This document shows positions 20,980 through 31,143 of a DNA stretch of 64,000 nt, in pieces. The stretch spans positions 480,001-544,000 of the forward strand of contig CAVXWP010000008.1 of the NCBI GenBank assembly GCA_963765495.1. The letters run 5' to 3'. The notes under the pieces were generated by a model that saw nothing but the letters and a program-made list of their open reading frames with translations, had not been told where the DNA came from and made no database searches. This DNA is from Blastocatellia bacterium. Lineage in GTDB: Bacteria; Acidobacteriota; Blastocatellia; UBA7656. Each line of letters starts with the position of its first letter. Position 1 is the stretch's first letter. Made by a program: the position numbers and the translations under genes.

Positions 20980-21990
20980 ATGAAGGCAGCAATCGTACAC
21001 GAATACGGTAAACCGTTACAGATCGAAGATGTGGATGTTCCTACACCGGATAGCGATGAGGTGCTTATAAGGGTCGAAGCCTGCGGCGTATGTCATTCCG
21101 ATCTTCATCTTGCCGAAGGAGACTGGAAATCTCTGTACAAGATCATAAAGCACCCGCTGATTCCCGGCCATGAGATCATAGGCGAGGTAGTCGAAAGAGG
21201 CGAAGATGTGAAAGAGATTCAGAAGGGAGATAGAGTCGGCGTCGCCTGGGTATACTGGACTTGCGGGGAGTGCGAGCTTTGCCTCGAAGGAAGAGAAAAC
21301 CTCTGCCGCAAGCAGATGATAACAGGGGCGACGGTTGACGGAGGCTATGCCGAATATATCAAGGCGAAGGCAAGTCACGCATTGAAGGTTCCATCGTTAC
21401 TTGATTCCATCGAGGCCGCTCCCCTGTTTTGCGCTGGAGTCACCGTTTACCGGGCGGTAAAAAATTCAGGAATACGCCCCGGGCAAAGCCTCGCAGTATT
21501 TGGCATTGGCGGGCTTGGCCATCTCGCGGTACAAGTGGCCAAAGCCTTTGATGCTCAGGTCATCGCGGTTGATATTTCGGAAGAGAAACTGGAACTCGCA
21601 CGCTCGCTCGGCGCAGACCAGACTATGAATGCTTTAACCAATGATATCGTCAAAGAGTTTCGGCGCATGGGTGGAGCGCATGTCGTGGTAGTCACATCAG
21701 CGTCGAAGGCGGCTTATGAAAAGGCATTCTATTCAGTTCGATCCGGCGGGGCGCTGGTCGTCGTAGGGATGCCTGCCGAAGACCTTTCCTTCCCGGCAAT
21801 AATGATGCGCGAGATGACTATAAGCTCGTCGGCAACCGGAACCAGAGACGATTTACGAGAAACCCTGGAGATGGCTGCTTCGGGAAAGATACGATGCCGG
21901 GTGGAGACGGGTGATCTAAATGATATAAATGATATATTCGACCGCATGCGCCGGTCAGAGATAACCGGACGTGTGGTGCTAAAGTTTTGA
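20980..21990 (+). CDS. Zn-dependent alcohol dehydrogenase (AdhP-like)
   Basis: CGVCHSD, GHE, CGECELC, CAGVTVY, GIGGLG. Confidence 0.92.
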   Translation: MKAAIVHEYGKPLQIEDVDVPTPDSDEVLIRVEACGVCHSDLHLAEGDWKSLYKIIKHPLIPGHEIIGEVVERGEDVKEIQKGDRVGVAWVYWTCGECELCLEGRENLCRKQMITGATVDGGYAEYIKAKASHALKVPSLLDSIEAAPLFCAGVTVYRAVKNSGIRPGQSLAVFGIGGLGHLAVQVAKAFDAQVIAVDISEEKLELARSLGADQTMNALTNDIVKEFRRMGGAHVVVVTSASKAAYEKAFYSVRSGGALVVVGMPAEDLSFPAIMMREMTISSSATGTRDDLRETLEMAASGKIRCRVETGDLNDINDIFDRMRRSEITGRVVLKF

Positions 21991-22173
21991 TCTTAAATCG
22001 AAAAGACCCACGATTTCTTCGAGCGCACCGAAGCTGGCGCGAACCGCTCCCCCCCCAAGATTTTGCTCTAAACCACTTTCCAGGGGATAAATCCGAGGCC
22101 CGCTTGCCTGGTTAGAGCAGGCAAGTGAGCCTCCCCGTACTACGGATGGCAGTGGCCCGCTCACGCAGGCCGG

Positions 22174-22632
22174 TCAATCGTTCATAGATACTCGGGTCAT
22201 CCGCTCACCGGCTCGAATCTGTTTGACAACATCCAGGCCGTCGGTTACGCGACCAAAGACGGCATAATTCCCGTCGAGAAATGCTGCCGGTCCAAGTGTT
22301 ATGTAAAACTGAGAAGAGGCGCTATTGGGGTCCGATGACCTGGCCATAGCGAGCGCACCGGCCTCGCCGTGCTTTAGTTCGGGCGAGATTTCAAGCTTGA
22401 TCCGTCTTTCCCGCCCGGTTGCCGGATCTTCATAACCTCCTGTCCCGTTCCCCTTCGGGTCGCCACCCTGAATGACAAATCCCGGCTCATATCTGTGGAA
22501 TGTCAACCCATCATAGAACCCCTTTTCCACGAGGTCCACGAAGTTCCCTGCCGTGATCGGAGCTTTATCCAGAAATAGCTCAAGCGTAATCTTCCCCTTG
22601 GATGTCTCGATTGTAGCTGTTCGATTTGCCAA
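22174..22632 (-). CDS. Cyclophilin-type peptidyl-prolyl isomerase
   Basis: [38 protein letters not shown]. Likely TTG start at 22632 after a purine-rich RBS. Confidence 0.93.
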   Translation of the reverse strand: MANRTATIETSKGKITLELFLDKAPITAGNFVDLVEKGFYDGLTFHRYEPGFVIQGGDPKGNGTGGYEDPATGRERRIKLEISPELKHGEAGALAMARSSDPNSASSQFYITLGPAAFLDGNYAVFGRVTDGLDVVKQIRAGERMTRVSMND

Positions 22633-22982
22633 AACTCTTTCTCCCTTCCTCTTTGCGGATACAAAAAGATGCCGCATCTGGAATCTCTTTCAAACACTTT
22701 GACTCTATCACTTTGACAAGTTGAGTTACAAGTTTCGATCATTTGGCTGGCATTATTACCAGAGCCCTTCTGTCTTCAAATTACCTTTCAATAAACCTCA
22801 CCTTTAATTTCTCTGATACTGGCTGTCAGCGGATTAAAAATTGGATGGTCCTGCCTTGAAACCGTTGTATTTGAAAATCTGCAACAGGGTCTTGACTTAT
22901 TCGAGGCGTGAAGTTTACTATTTGGTGCCAATTGGCAAGATCACATCCTGGCTCCTTGTTTGTATAACTAGAAGGTCAACCC

Positions 22983-23756
22983 ATGATTTCAGTTGTCATA
23001 CCTGTATTTAATGAGGCGGCCACCATCGCCGAAGTAATCCATAAGGTCCAGTCTGTTGAAATACCCAAAGAGATTCTGGTAATAGACGACGGCTCGACCG
23101 ACGGCACCCGTGAATGTCTTGCCCGTCTTTCTGAGGAGTATGACAACCTCCACATCTTCCTCCAGCCAAAGAATCTGGGTAAGGGTGCAGCGCTGCGTAC
23201 GGGTTTTAAGCACGCAACAGGCGATTTTGTGATCGTTCAGGATGCAGACCTCGAATACGATCCGCTTGATTACCCTATACTTCTAAAACCCCTGATTGAG
23301 AAAAAGGCTGATGTCGTCTTTGGATCTCGTTTTTTGACGACTAAAGAGCATCGTGTTCTTTTCTTTTGGCATTCGGTTGGTAATCGCCTGCTCACACTCA
23401 TTTCGAATATGTTTACGAATCTGAATTTGACGGATATGGAGACCGGCTACAAGGTCTTCAGACGCGAAATCATCCAGGCGATAAGGCTCGAGCAAAACAG
23501 GTTTGGATTCGAGCCGGAAATCACAATGAAACTTGCAAAGATGAAGGCCCGCATTTACGAAGTCGGCATCTCGTACAACGGACGGACCTATGAAGAGGGA
23601 AAAAAGATTGGCTGGCAGGATGGGGTCAAGGCCCTCTGGTGCATAATAAAATACTACGTTGTCGGTCGTCGGGCCATTGGTCAGGCCGTTGAACCCGACC
23701 TGATACAACCCGCCTCCAAGCCTCACCAAACGGGGGATGCGCTCGATAACATCTAA
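22983..23756 (+). CDS. Glycosyltransferase family 2 (polyprenol-phosphate hexose synthase-like)
   Basis: [52 protein letters not shown]. Confidence 0.92.
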   Translation: MISVVIPVFNEAATIAEVIHKVQSVEIPKEILVIDDGSTDGTRECLARLSEEYDNLHIFLQPKNLGKGAALRTGFKHATGDFVIVQDADLEYDPLDYPILLKPLIEKKADVVFGSRFLTTKEHRVLFFWHSVGNRLLTLISNMFTNLNLTDMETGYKVFRREIIQAIRLEQNRFGFEPEITMKLAKMKARIYEVGISYNGRTYEEGKKIGWQDGVKALWCIIKYYVVGRRAIGQAVEPDLIQPASKPHQTGDALDNI

Positions 23757-23822
23757 TTCAACCCGCAAGAGAACGGCGCAAATGAAAATGTGTGAAGAGT
23801 CGTTTTTTTCGCTCTCCAATCT

Positions 23823-25214
23823 TTAATAGGGTAGTGTTAAAGCCTCAATCTGCTTTGCGTCTTCATCAAAACAGACGATAGACCGCCCCGGCGCGCTCAA
23901 TTTGAATTCCCTTCCGTCGAGTTTAACCTTCTTGTTCAAAGGGCGGCTGCCGGTATTGAGCAGCGTGATTACGTTTCGTCCGTCTTCTGCCTTCACCATC
24001 CAATAGCTCTGGCTTCCACCGTGGAATTCAACAGGCGACCCGTTCCAGGCGAGTGTCGAGTAGAGCTGATATACCTTCCCTGCCGGAGTAAGATGCCACC
24101 CTTCCGAAAGCGCCTCTCCGGTCAACCTGGGATCACGCTGCCCGATTACCGTTGCCCGGCGCTTGGCGTTGGCGTAGTAGATGATCGAATGATACGGAAC
24201 CTCGTGTGTGTATATTGCTTCGATTTCAGGCGAAGCCATCAACTCAGCAACCCTGCGAGCGAATTCGATTGCATACTCATTGGTCAGATGCGGATTTCCT
24301 TCAAGGCTGGATTTGATATTGAACTCAGTCACGAGGTAACGCATATTTGAAGTAAATGGCTTCACAACACGATTGAAATACTCAACGGCATTGCGGCTCA
24401 CACCGCGTGAGTAGAGGTGCAGCACGCCGTAAATATCGGTCCTGTTCTTCAAATCAATCCGTGATGAAAGGGCTCTCAACATACGCTCATTCCAGACATC
24501 ATCAGATAGTCGAGTGGGGGTCTTGCTCTCTTTGCCAACAGTGAGGGGGAGGGCGAAATGGACACCCAGAGGCGTGAGTCGTTCGATCACATCTGCCGCC
24601 TTTGCAGCGTACTCTTCGGGTAGCCAGGGTCGAGGGTTTAGCCAGGGTTCATTCGACAGTTCTACGGCAAGAATTTTATCGAGAGCCTTTTGATTTATAA
24701 ATGACTGCATGACTTTTTCGGCGACATCAGGCCCCTCTTCAACATTTATTCCTATCACGACTGTAAAGTCGTACGCGGAGGTGTATCTTGCAACATCATC
24801 GATTGGAAACCAGGGGTATTCGTTTGGAAGGTGGTTTTCGGCCTTGACTCTCGCTGTAGCATCTGGGCTTACGGGGCTGTAAAACCCGCTGAAGCTTATC
24901 CTGAAACTTCTAACACCCGCATCTCTCAAAGAATCGGCCATCTTTCTTCCCGCGTCCTTGTTCTGCCATGCCTTGATCAGCGGAAATGGAGATTCGGCAA
25001 AGGCCATGTCGGCCCCAAGAACTGGAGCCCGAGTCAACCCATCAAGACTTCCCACCTCGGTAGTTACGGGTGCAAGGCCCGCCCGAGCGACCGGGACGGC
25101 GATCAACTGTAGCCCCTGCTGGCTCCATGCAAATATCAAAAGAGAGTACAACAGCATTTTCCGGGTCGTGATACTTTTTCTTGTCTTCATAAGTGATGTT
25201 TTGATTCTTCTCAT
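23823..25214 (-). CDS. Secreted putative clan GH-A glycoside hydrolase
   Basis: Signal-like segment, ELSNEP (acid/base) and VTEFN (nucleophile) pattern, C-terminal beta-sandwich. Start uncertain. Confidence 0.6.
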   Translation of the reverse strand: MRRIKTSLMKTRKSITTRKMLLYSLLIFAWSQQGLQLIAVPVARAGLAPVTTEVGSLDGLTRAPVLGADMAFAESPFPLIKAWQNKDAGRKMADSLRDAGVRSFRISFSGFYSPVSPDATARVKAENHLPNEYPWFPIDDVARYTSAYDFTVVIGINVEEGPDVAEKVMQSFINQKALDKILAVELSNEPWLNPRPWLPEEYAAKAADVIERLTPLGVHFALPLTVGKESKTPTRLSDDVWNERMLRALSSRIDLKNRTDIYGVLHLYSRGVSRNAVEYFNRVVKPFTSNMRYLVTEFNIKSSLEGNPHLTNEYAIEFARRVAELMASPEIEAIYTHEVPYHSIIYYANAKRRATVIGQRDPRLTGEALSEGWHLTPAGKVYQLYSTLAWNGSPVEFHGGSQSYWMVKAEDGRNVITLLNTGSRPLNKKVKLDGREFKLSAPGRSIVCFDEDAKQIEALTLPY

Positions 25215-25479
25215 TCGATTCCTGTTGCATGGCGAAGTACTACCAGGCACTTTGCAAGGAGATCCGCCAGGAACCCACGGGGTTCCGCGCGCAGGGTAGT
25301 CACGAATTCTCTCATCGCTATCGGAAAAATTTGATTTGTTGAAGTCTGATGTGAGGAGGGGTCCGGCGCTACCAAGGCCCATCAGTATAAGGATTAATTT
25401 CAGAAAGGGAGGGCAATCGAATCATTATTTCAATATTGATTGCCCTTCCCTGTGCGAACAGTTTGAAACGAGGCAGAAG

Positions 25480-27681
25480 CTATCTTCTACCGCTGCGAGC
25501 AGGGCGTCGGTCACGGTTTCCCGGATTGCGTCCGCGTCTTTCCTGATTATCTCTGCCCTGATCATTCGAGTCCGGTTCTTCTGCCGGCTCGCCTCTTTCC
25601 TCTCGAAGCACTGCACGGCGAGACAGACGAATCTTACCCGAGGGGTCAACATTGATCACTTTGACCAGTAATTGTTGTCCCTCGGTCAGCTCATCTCTCA
25701 CATCTCTGACCCTGTAATCGGCAATCTCCGAAACGTGCAGCAGACCATCGGTTCCCGGCAAAATCTCTACGAATGCGCCAAAATCGGCAATTCTTTGAAC
25801 CGTGCCCAGATAGGTTTTCCCCACCTCCGGCACAGCCGTAATCTCCTCGATTGCCTGTTTGGCTTCTTCCGCGGCTTTCAAGTTTGACGAAGCGATGTTT
25901 ATGCGGCCCGTATCCTCTACATCTATCTTGCACCCTGTCTTTTCGACGAGTCCACGGATGACCTTCCCACCCGGCCCTATCACTTCGCGTATCTTATCAA
26001 CAGGTATCTGAATGGTAAGGATTCGCGGAGCATACGGACTGATCTCTTCACGCGGAGCCGGAAGAGCAGCTTCCATCTTTTCAAGGATATACAAGCGCCC
26101 GTCGCGGGCCTGTTGCAGAGCGTCGGCCAGAATCTGTGGGTTGACACCTGTTACCTTGATGTCCATCTGCAACGCCGTAATCCCCTGGCGCGTCCCTGTG
26201 ACCTTAAAATCCATGTCTCCGTAATGATCTTCTGCGCCTGCGATGTCGGTCAGGATGGCGTATTTGTTCCCCTCCATTACAAGCCCCATCGCAACACCGG
26301 CGACAATGGATTTCAGAGGCACGCCCGCATCCATCATAGCCAGGATGCCGCCGCAAACCGACGCCATAGAGCTCGAGCCGTTTGATTCGGTAATATCCGA
26401 GACTATGCGCATCGTGTATGGCCATTCATCATCGGAAGGAAGTACAGGCTCAATGGCCCGGCGGGCAAGTGCCCCGTGGCCGATTTCTCGCCTGCTCGAC
26501 GAACCGATGCGGCCAGTTTCACCTACGGAAAAAGGAGGGAAATTATAGTGGAGCAAGAAGCGACGCTTTAACTCGCCTTTTTCAAGATCATCCATGTACT
26601 GCATGTCTTCGCTTGTGCCGAGGGTCGCCGTCACTATGGCCTGCGTTTCTCCACGTGTGAAGAGTGCCGATCCATGTGTCCGAGGAAGCCATCCTGTGTC
26701 AATCGAGATAGGCCTGATCTCGCTGAATCTGCGACCATCGGGGCGATGACGTTTTTCAAGTATGTCATCCCGGAAGACCCTCTCTTTGATTATCTTAAAT
26801 ATCGTACCCGCCATCTTGCGCTTTTCAGGTTCATCTTCCGGGTAGGCGGAAACGGTTTTTTCCTTCAACTCATCGAGGAGAGAATAGCTTTTCAGCTTGC
26901 CGTGTTTACCCGTGTCGAGCGCATCACGCATCTCTTCGGTAATACTGTTCTCAAGCTCGGCCTTCATCTCCTCATCTATTTGGGGCTTGATAACTTCGCG
27001 TTTGGCGATACCAAGCTTTTCGTACATCTCTCTTTGCAGACGGCAAATCTTCTTAATTTCGTTATGGCCAAACATCAAGGCCTCTACCATTACATCTTCC
27101 GAGATTTCCTGCGCGCCCGCCTCCACCATAACAATCGCTTCTTCCGAGCCCGCTACTATCAAGTTCAAAGATGAGGCGCGAATCTGATCATAGGTTGGGT
27201 TCACGATGAAACGCTCATCAACCAGTCCGACCCTGACTCCCGCTATGGGAGTCTCAAATGGTATATCCGAGAGGAAGAGGGCGGCAGAGGCCCCCGTAAT
27301 CGAGAGCACATCAGGGTCAAAATTCTCATCTGCCGACAAAACGAAGGCGATTATCTGCGTATCGCCCCTGTAGCCTTCGGTGAATAGAGGGCGGATAGGC
27401 CTGTCTATCAAACGCGAGGTCAACGTCTCTTTTTCGGAAGGACGGCCTTCTCGTCTAAAATAATTTCCGGGGATGCGCCCGGCCGCATATCCATACTCGC
27501 GGTATTCAACCGTGAGCGGGAAGAAATCGAGGTTTTCGCGTGGGGCAGCACCAACTGCCGCAACCAGGACAAGTGTATCTCCATATCGCACTAGCACAGC
27601 GCCATCGGCCTGTTTGGCCACCTTCCCTGTTTCAATCGAAAACTCTAAACCTCCAAGCTGTATTGATTCCTTCAACTCCAT
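25480..27681 (-). CDS. pnp: Polyribonucleotide nucleotidyltransferase
   Basis: FFPLTVEY, SRLIDRPIRP, RREIGHG, ESNGSSSMAS, GDMDFK, KH and S1 domains. Confidence 0.98.
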   Translation of the reverse strand: MELKESIQLGGLEFSIETGKVAKQADGAVLVRYGDTLVLVAAVGAAPRENLDFFPLTVEYREYGYAAGRIPGNYFRREGRPSEKETLTSRLIDRPIRPLFTEGYRGDTQIIAFVLSADENFDPDVLSITGASAALFLSDIPFETPIAGVRVGLVDERFIVNPTYDQIRASSLNLIVAGSEEAIVMVEAGAQEISEDVMVEALMFGHNEIKKICRLQREMYEKLGIAKREVIKPQIDEEMKAELENSITEEMRDALDTGKHGKLKSYSLLDELKEKTVSAYPEDEPEKRKMAGTIFKIIKERVFRDDILEKRHRPDGRRFSEIRPISIDTGWLPRTHGSALFTRGETQAIVTATLGTSEDMQYMDDLEKGELKRRFLLHYNFPPFSVGETGRIGSSSRREIGHGALARRAIEPVLPSDDEWPYTMRIVSDITESNGSSSMASVCGGILAMMDAGVPLKSIVAGVAMGLVMEGNKYAILTDIAGAEDHYGDMDFKVTGTRQGITALQMDIKVTGVNPQILADALQQARDGRLYILEKMEAALPAPREEISPYAPRILTIQIPVDKIREVIGPGGKVIRGLVEKTGCKIDVEDTGRINIASSNLKAAEEAKQAIEEITAVPEVGKTYLGTVQRIADFGAFVEILPGTDGLLHVSEIADYRVRDVRDELTEGQQLLVKVINVDPSGKIRLSRRAVLREERGEPAEEPDSNDQGRDNQERRGRNPGNRDRRPARSGRR

Positions 27682-27717
27682 AACATTCTCCTTCTCTCCG
27701 CTGCGCGCATGTGCGTA

Positions 27718-27780
27718 TACCCGCTATATTCGACCTGAGCAGGTCTCTGGCAGCGGGTAATTTGGCGCGCGATTGTAGCA
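27718..27780 (-). promoter_or_regulatory. pnp extended -10 promoter and 5' leader hairpin
   Basis: TGcTACAAT at 27780-27772. Stems TACCCGCT/AGCGGGTA (27718-25/27752-59) and GACCTG/CAGGTC. Confidence 0.6.
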
Positions 27781-27849
27781 ACTAAAAGATTTGACTCCAT
27801 TGGAGGCAATTCTTGCCCGTAGGGCATAGGGGTGTAATACACACAAATG

Positions 27850-27895
27850 AAAAAGCCACGGCATGCGGCCGTTCTTGCCGACCGCCTCCCGTGGC
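27850..27895 (-). terminator. Intrinsic terminator downstream of rpsO
   Basis: GCCACGG..GCGGTCG-loop-CGGCCGC..CCGTGGC followed by T5 on the - strand. Confidence 0.65.
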
Positions 27896-28085
27896 CATCC
27901 CTGCAAATGGTTTTTGTCTGAAAAATAAGGTCGCGTGCTTGAGCCGGAGCTATTGTCCAGACCTGACAACAGGACGGATATTCGATCCCTCAGATAACAA
28001 ATCCGGTTGCGCGCCAGAGAGCCGAAATCTTGCCGGGCCACAACACATGGCTTCAAAATGATCCGGCCTTTCAATGATTCGATCT

Positions 28086-28364
28086 CTATTTTCTTAAACC
28101 CAGACGACTGATGACTTCCCGATAACGGGCGGCGTCCTTGTGTCGCAGATAGTCCAGCAAGCGTCGCCGCTGGCTGACCAGTTTTAGTAATCCTCGCCTA
28201 GAATGATTGTCCTTCGCGTGTGTCTTGAAGTGTTCGGTGAGGCCGTTAATCCTTTGCGTGAGCAGAGCGACCTGGACCTCAGGTGACCCCGTGTCGGATG
28301 AATGTGTCCGATACTCACTTATTATTCCACTCTTAGCTTCCTTCGCTAAAGCCACTCTTGCCAA
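28086..28364 (-). CDS. rpsO: 30S ribosomal protein S15
   Basis: [31 protein letters not shown] start with AGGAGA RBS; canonical rpsO-pnp synteny. Confidence 0.98.
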   Translation of the reverse strand: MARVALAKEAKSGIISEYRTHSSDTGSPEVQVALLTQRINGLTEHFKTHAKDNHSRRGLLKLVSQRRRLLDYLRHKDAARYREVISRLGLRK

Positions 28365-28531
28365 TCTCCTCTAAACAAATAAATTTCGTTCTTCCAATTG
28401 AACCCAAAAAAGTTAACATACGCCGCAGTCTACTGTAAAGCCCCCGGGCAGATAAATTGACGCACCCGGGAAACCGAGCAACCCCTTTGCCGGGGCTATT
28501 TTCGAGTAATTTTCAGGCCGGATCCCAATAC

Positions 28532-29920
28532 TCAGCGTTGACCATCGACGAATATGCCGTTTTTTGCATAAAACTGTCTGATCTCTTCTCTTGACCTCAA
28601 CAAGCGATTCGACCCTAAAGTGAGAACCACATCACCCTGGGGTCGTTGAGCTTTCAATTTTTTCTCCCGCTCGATAGCTACAAAGTGCGCACCGGGCAGA
28701 TTGCCGGCCCCCAGATATTCAAGACCATAATCGACCTTTCCAAGTGCCTCAGCAAGCTCATGAAACATTATATGACTGACCGGGACACGCTGCATCGTCC
28801 GCATATTGAACCATTGTGCGATCTGGCTCAACGCAATCAGAGAATCAAATCCTTTTGGGGGCCTCTCGGTTTCGAGTTTCTCTCCCGCCCCCCGATATGG
28901 ATTGATTCGGCTATCGAAATTATTGTCAAGATTCAAACTTCCTGTCACCGGGACATCTCCCCCGGCAGTCGGGGCTGTCGGGCCAATATGTAAACGATAA
29001 CGATAATGGCTCCTGCAAATCTGGAGCAGGAGGAAGAGTCCTTCATTTGAGGAGAGATAGTCGGCAATCATCAGTGGAGCAATTTCATTTTTCTCCCCGG
29101 TCACTCCGGCCTGAGCCGCAAGGAGCGCATCATCTATATATACCCGGCCACTCATGTCAACCTTCAGCAGATCAAAGTCTCTCTCCCCGGCTATCCACCG
29201 CAGTCGAGCCATTACTTCACTGACATCTCCACTTATCCATAATCCACCTTCGGGAATCCGGCGAGTGGGCGGATTTGGCCTCTTCCCTGAGACGATATCG
29301 AGCGCGAGTCCAACGGGGTCCGGTCTAGGGAGGGGTTGAGGCAAAGACAACGGGGCATCAGCAAACCTGATCCTCGTGTCGTTGACCAGCGGCAGCGTAT
29401 TTCCAGACGCAATTGCCGGAAGTGATGCAAATAGAAGTAAAACATCTCTATGGATTGAATTTTGATGGTAGGATTGGGGAGTCACATTACCCGTCGGGTT
29501 GATACGCTCTTTATTGGTTGAGTGAATGTTTCCCAAAACCGTTTTTTCGGAGTTGTGCTCGCTTGATACCTCACGCCCACCCTTACTGAGGATTGCGCTA
29601 CTTTTCACAAAATAGTCATTGATCACTCCGCGGTTGAGCAATCTCTCACCGTATCTGCGAGCATCCTTTGCGGATATGAATGACCCGATGAGTATGCGAA
29701 TCCACATTCCCCGGCCTGGTATTTCAATCCTCTCGCGGGCCGGACTCTCTCCGGCGTTTATCAAGCCTTCAACAAAGAGGTTTGCAGATTCCTCGTCGGG
29801 AAATGCGGCCACTTGCAACGTATATCGTCCACCATGCCCTCCAGTAAATGACAAGGACGTCGAGGCGAAAAAAAGAATTATTGGGATTGCGGAAAGTCTC
29901 ACCCTGGATGAAAGCATCAT
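28532..29920 (-). CDS. Secreted SPOR-domain protein with an uncharacterised C-terminal domain (HELAE motif)
   Basis: Signal peptide, YTLQVAAF...WIRILIGSF...A SPOR repeat, C-terminal MFHELAE...GAH. Confidence 0.7.
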   Translation of the reverse strand: MMLSSRVRLSAIPIILFFASTSLSFTGGHGGRYTLQVAAFPDEESANLFVEGLINAGESPARERIEIPGRGMWIRILIGSFISAKDARRYGERLLNRGVINDYFVKSSAILSKGGREVSSEHNSEKTVLGNIHSTNKERINPTGNVTPQSYHQNSIHRDVLLLFASLPAIASGNTLPLVNDTRIRFADAPLSLPQPLPRPDPVGLALDIVSGKRPNPPTRRIPEGGLWISGDVSEVMARLRWIAGERDFDLLKVDMSGRVYIDDALLAAQAGVTGEKNEIAPLMIADYLSSNEGLFLLLQICRSHYRYRLHIGPTAPTAGGDVPVTGSLNLDNNFDSRINPYRGAGEKLETERPPKGFDSLIALSQIAQWFNMRTMQRVPVSHIMFHELAEALGKVDYGLEYLGAGNLPGAHFVAIEREKKLKAQRPQGDVVLTLGSNRLLRSREEIRQFYAKNGIFVDGQR

Positions 29921-30018
29921 ACCCCTCGTAGAAGTGGATTGCGCATTCTGCTCGGAAGATATTCCAGAACTACGTACAGAAGCGTCCGGGGGTGGGAAAT
30001 GACTTTAAGAGCAATTGC

Positions 30019-30060
30019 AAAAAATAAAGCGACCGAAAAGCCGCCGGGGCTTGCGGTCGC
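30019..30060 (-). terminator. Intrinsic terminator directly after a sigma-70 promoter
   Basis: GCGACCG/CGGTCGC plus inner AAGCC/GGCTT stems, then TTTATTTTTT on the - strand. Confidence 0.7.
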
Positions 30061-30073
30061 AAAGGCGCTTCCT

Positions 30074-30102
30074 ATGTTAGGTCATAACATTGTTGGTGTC
30101 AA
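30074..30102 (-). promoter_or_regulatory. Sigma-70 promoter
   Basis: TTGACA (30102-30097)-N17-TAACAT (30079-30074). Confidence 0.65.
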
Positions 30103-30114
30103 TAATTATAAGTT

Positions 30115-30278
30115 GCAAAGAAGGCGGAGCGCGGCTGAACCGACGGTCGGCCAGTGGTAGTTTGCCTACCAAAGATAAGAACCGTTTGTATTCTTGATCA
30201 GCATTGATGTAGACTGAGGTCTGATGAACCCCTGTTACAGCCGTCTCGAATGGTGGCAAGGCAGGGGTTTCTTTTTTT
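30115..30278 (+). ncRNA. Putative multi-hairpin sRNA or attenuated leader ending in a terminator
   Basis: Hairpins GGCTGA/TCGGCC, TGGTAG/CTACCA, AAGAA/TTCTT and AGAC/GTCT, then terminator GAACCCCTG/CAGGGGTTT + C + T7 (30226-30278). 5' end is a guess. Confidence 0.45.
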
Positions 30279-30476
30279 GCTCTGATGAACGAGTCAGACT
30301 GCGGTTTCAAGCGAGTTCTGTATATGGTGCTCGATCTGTACATGGTGCTTGAAAAGCTGATTCTGTTCACAAACCGCTCGGCCGACCCCGGATGAACGCT
30401 GCGCTTTCAGCCTCCATAAATGGAATGCGCAACGTGCGAGCAGGGCGAGGATCAGGTTTGAGCAAGAAGGTTCTTT

Positions 30477-31097
30477 ATGACAATTAAGTTTACCGATCAA
30501 AGATCGGAAGAAGTGAGCCGTTTCAGCGTAAGCACAACCGCAGAGGTTACTATTCAGATCGCCGAAAGAGATGGACATCAATTTATCGTGATCAAAGAAC
30601 AACAGCCCGCAGGGACAACGTCAACTACCGAGCATACGGTCGAGATCCCGGCGGCATTATTTCCTGAGCTAAAGCGCGCTGTTGCCAACCTTGAGGAAAG
30701 TTTCGCGGAAGAGCGCCAATCCGATCTGCAATCGGGAAGGCGTAATGTCAGTTTTGCCCATAAATCGGAAGAGGAATTTGCGCGTATCCTGGATTTCTAC
30801 AGCATAAAGTGGGAGTATGAGCCACGTACTTTCGCCATCGAGTGGGACGAGAACGAAAATGTCTCCAAAAGTTTCACACCCGATTTTTATCTCCCCGAAC
30901 ACAATCTGTATATTGAATTGACGACTCTTAAGCAATCGCTTGTTACGAAGAAGAACAGGAAGGTAAGAAGGCTTCGCGAGTTATACCCTGATGTGAACAT
31001 AAAAATTCTTTACGCATCAGACTATCAGAAGTTGATCGAGAAATTTGCCGCAAGCGGATATCAGCATTTCGAAGAGAGTAAAGAAGACCTCGATTGA
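30477..31097 (+). CDS. PC4-like N-terminal domain fused to a PD-(D/E)XK (T7 endonuclease I-like) domain
   Basis: N-terminal EVTIQIAERDGHQFIVIKE...IPAALFPELKRAV; C-terminal SEEEFARILDFY...WEYEP...FTPDFYLP...YIELTT. Confidence 0.7.
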   Translation: MTIKFTDQRSEEVSRFSVSTTAEVTIQIAERDGHQFIVIKEQQPAGTTSTTEHTVEIPAALFPELKRAVANLEESFAEERQSDLQSGRRNVSFAHKSEEEFARILDFYSIKWEYEPRTFAIEWDENENVSKSFTPDFYLPEHNLYIELTTLKQSLVTKKNRKVRRLRELYPDVNIKILYASDYQKLIEKFAASGYQHFEESKEDLD

Positions 31098-31143
31098 GCA
31101 ATGAGTCTTGAAAATTGAAAGTGGAGATCCAGAATTTTGAAGA

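Noticed and set aside
25251-25270. Sigma-54 promoter for the glycoside hydrolase-like gene (TGGCGGATCTCCTTGC, - strand)
   Set aside because: GG-to-GC spacing is 11 rather than the required 10.
30130-30180. c-di-GMP-I riboswitch suggested by GGCAAAC on the - strand
   Set aside because: The GNRA-capped P2 and downstream GCAAAG/P3 elements are not in the expected arrangement.
30317-30349. Firm NrdR-box call
   Set aside because: The left halves are poorly palindromic and the 18-bp spacing is atypical.
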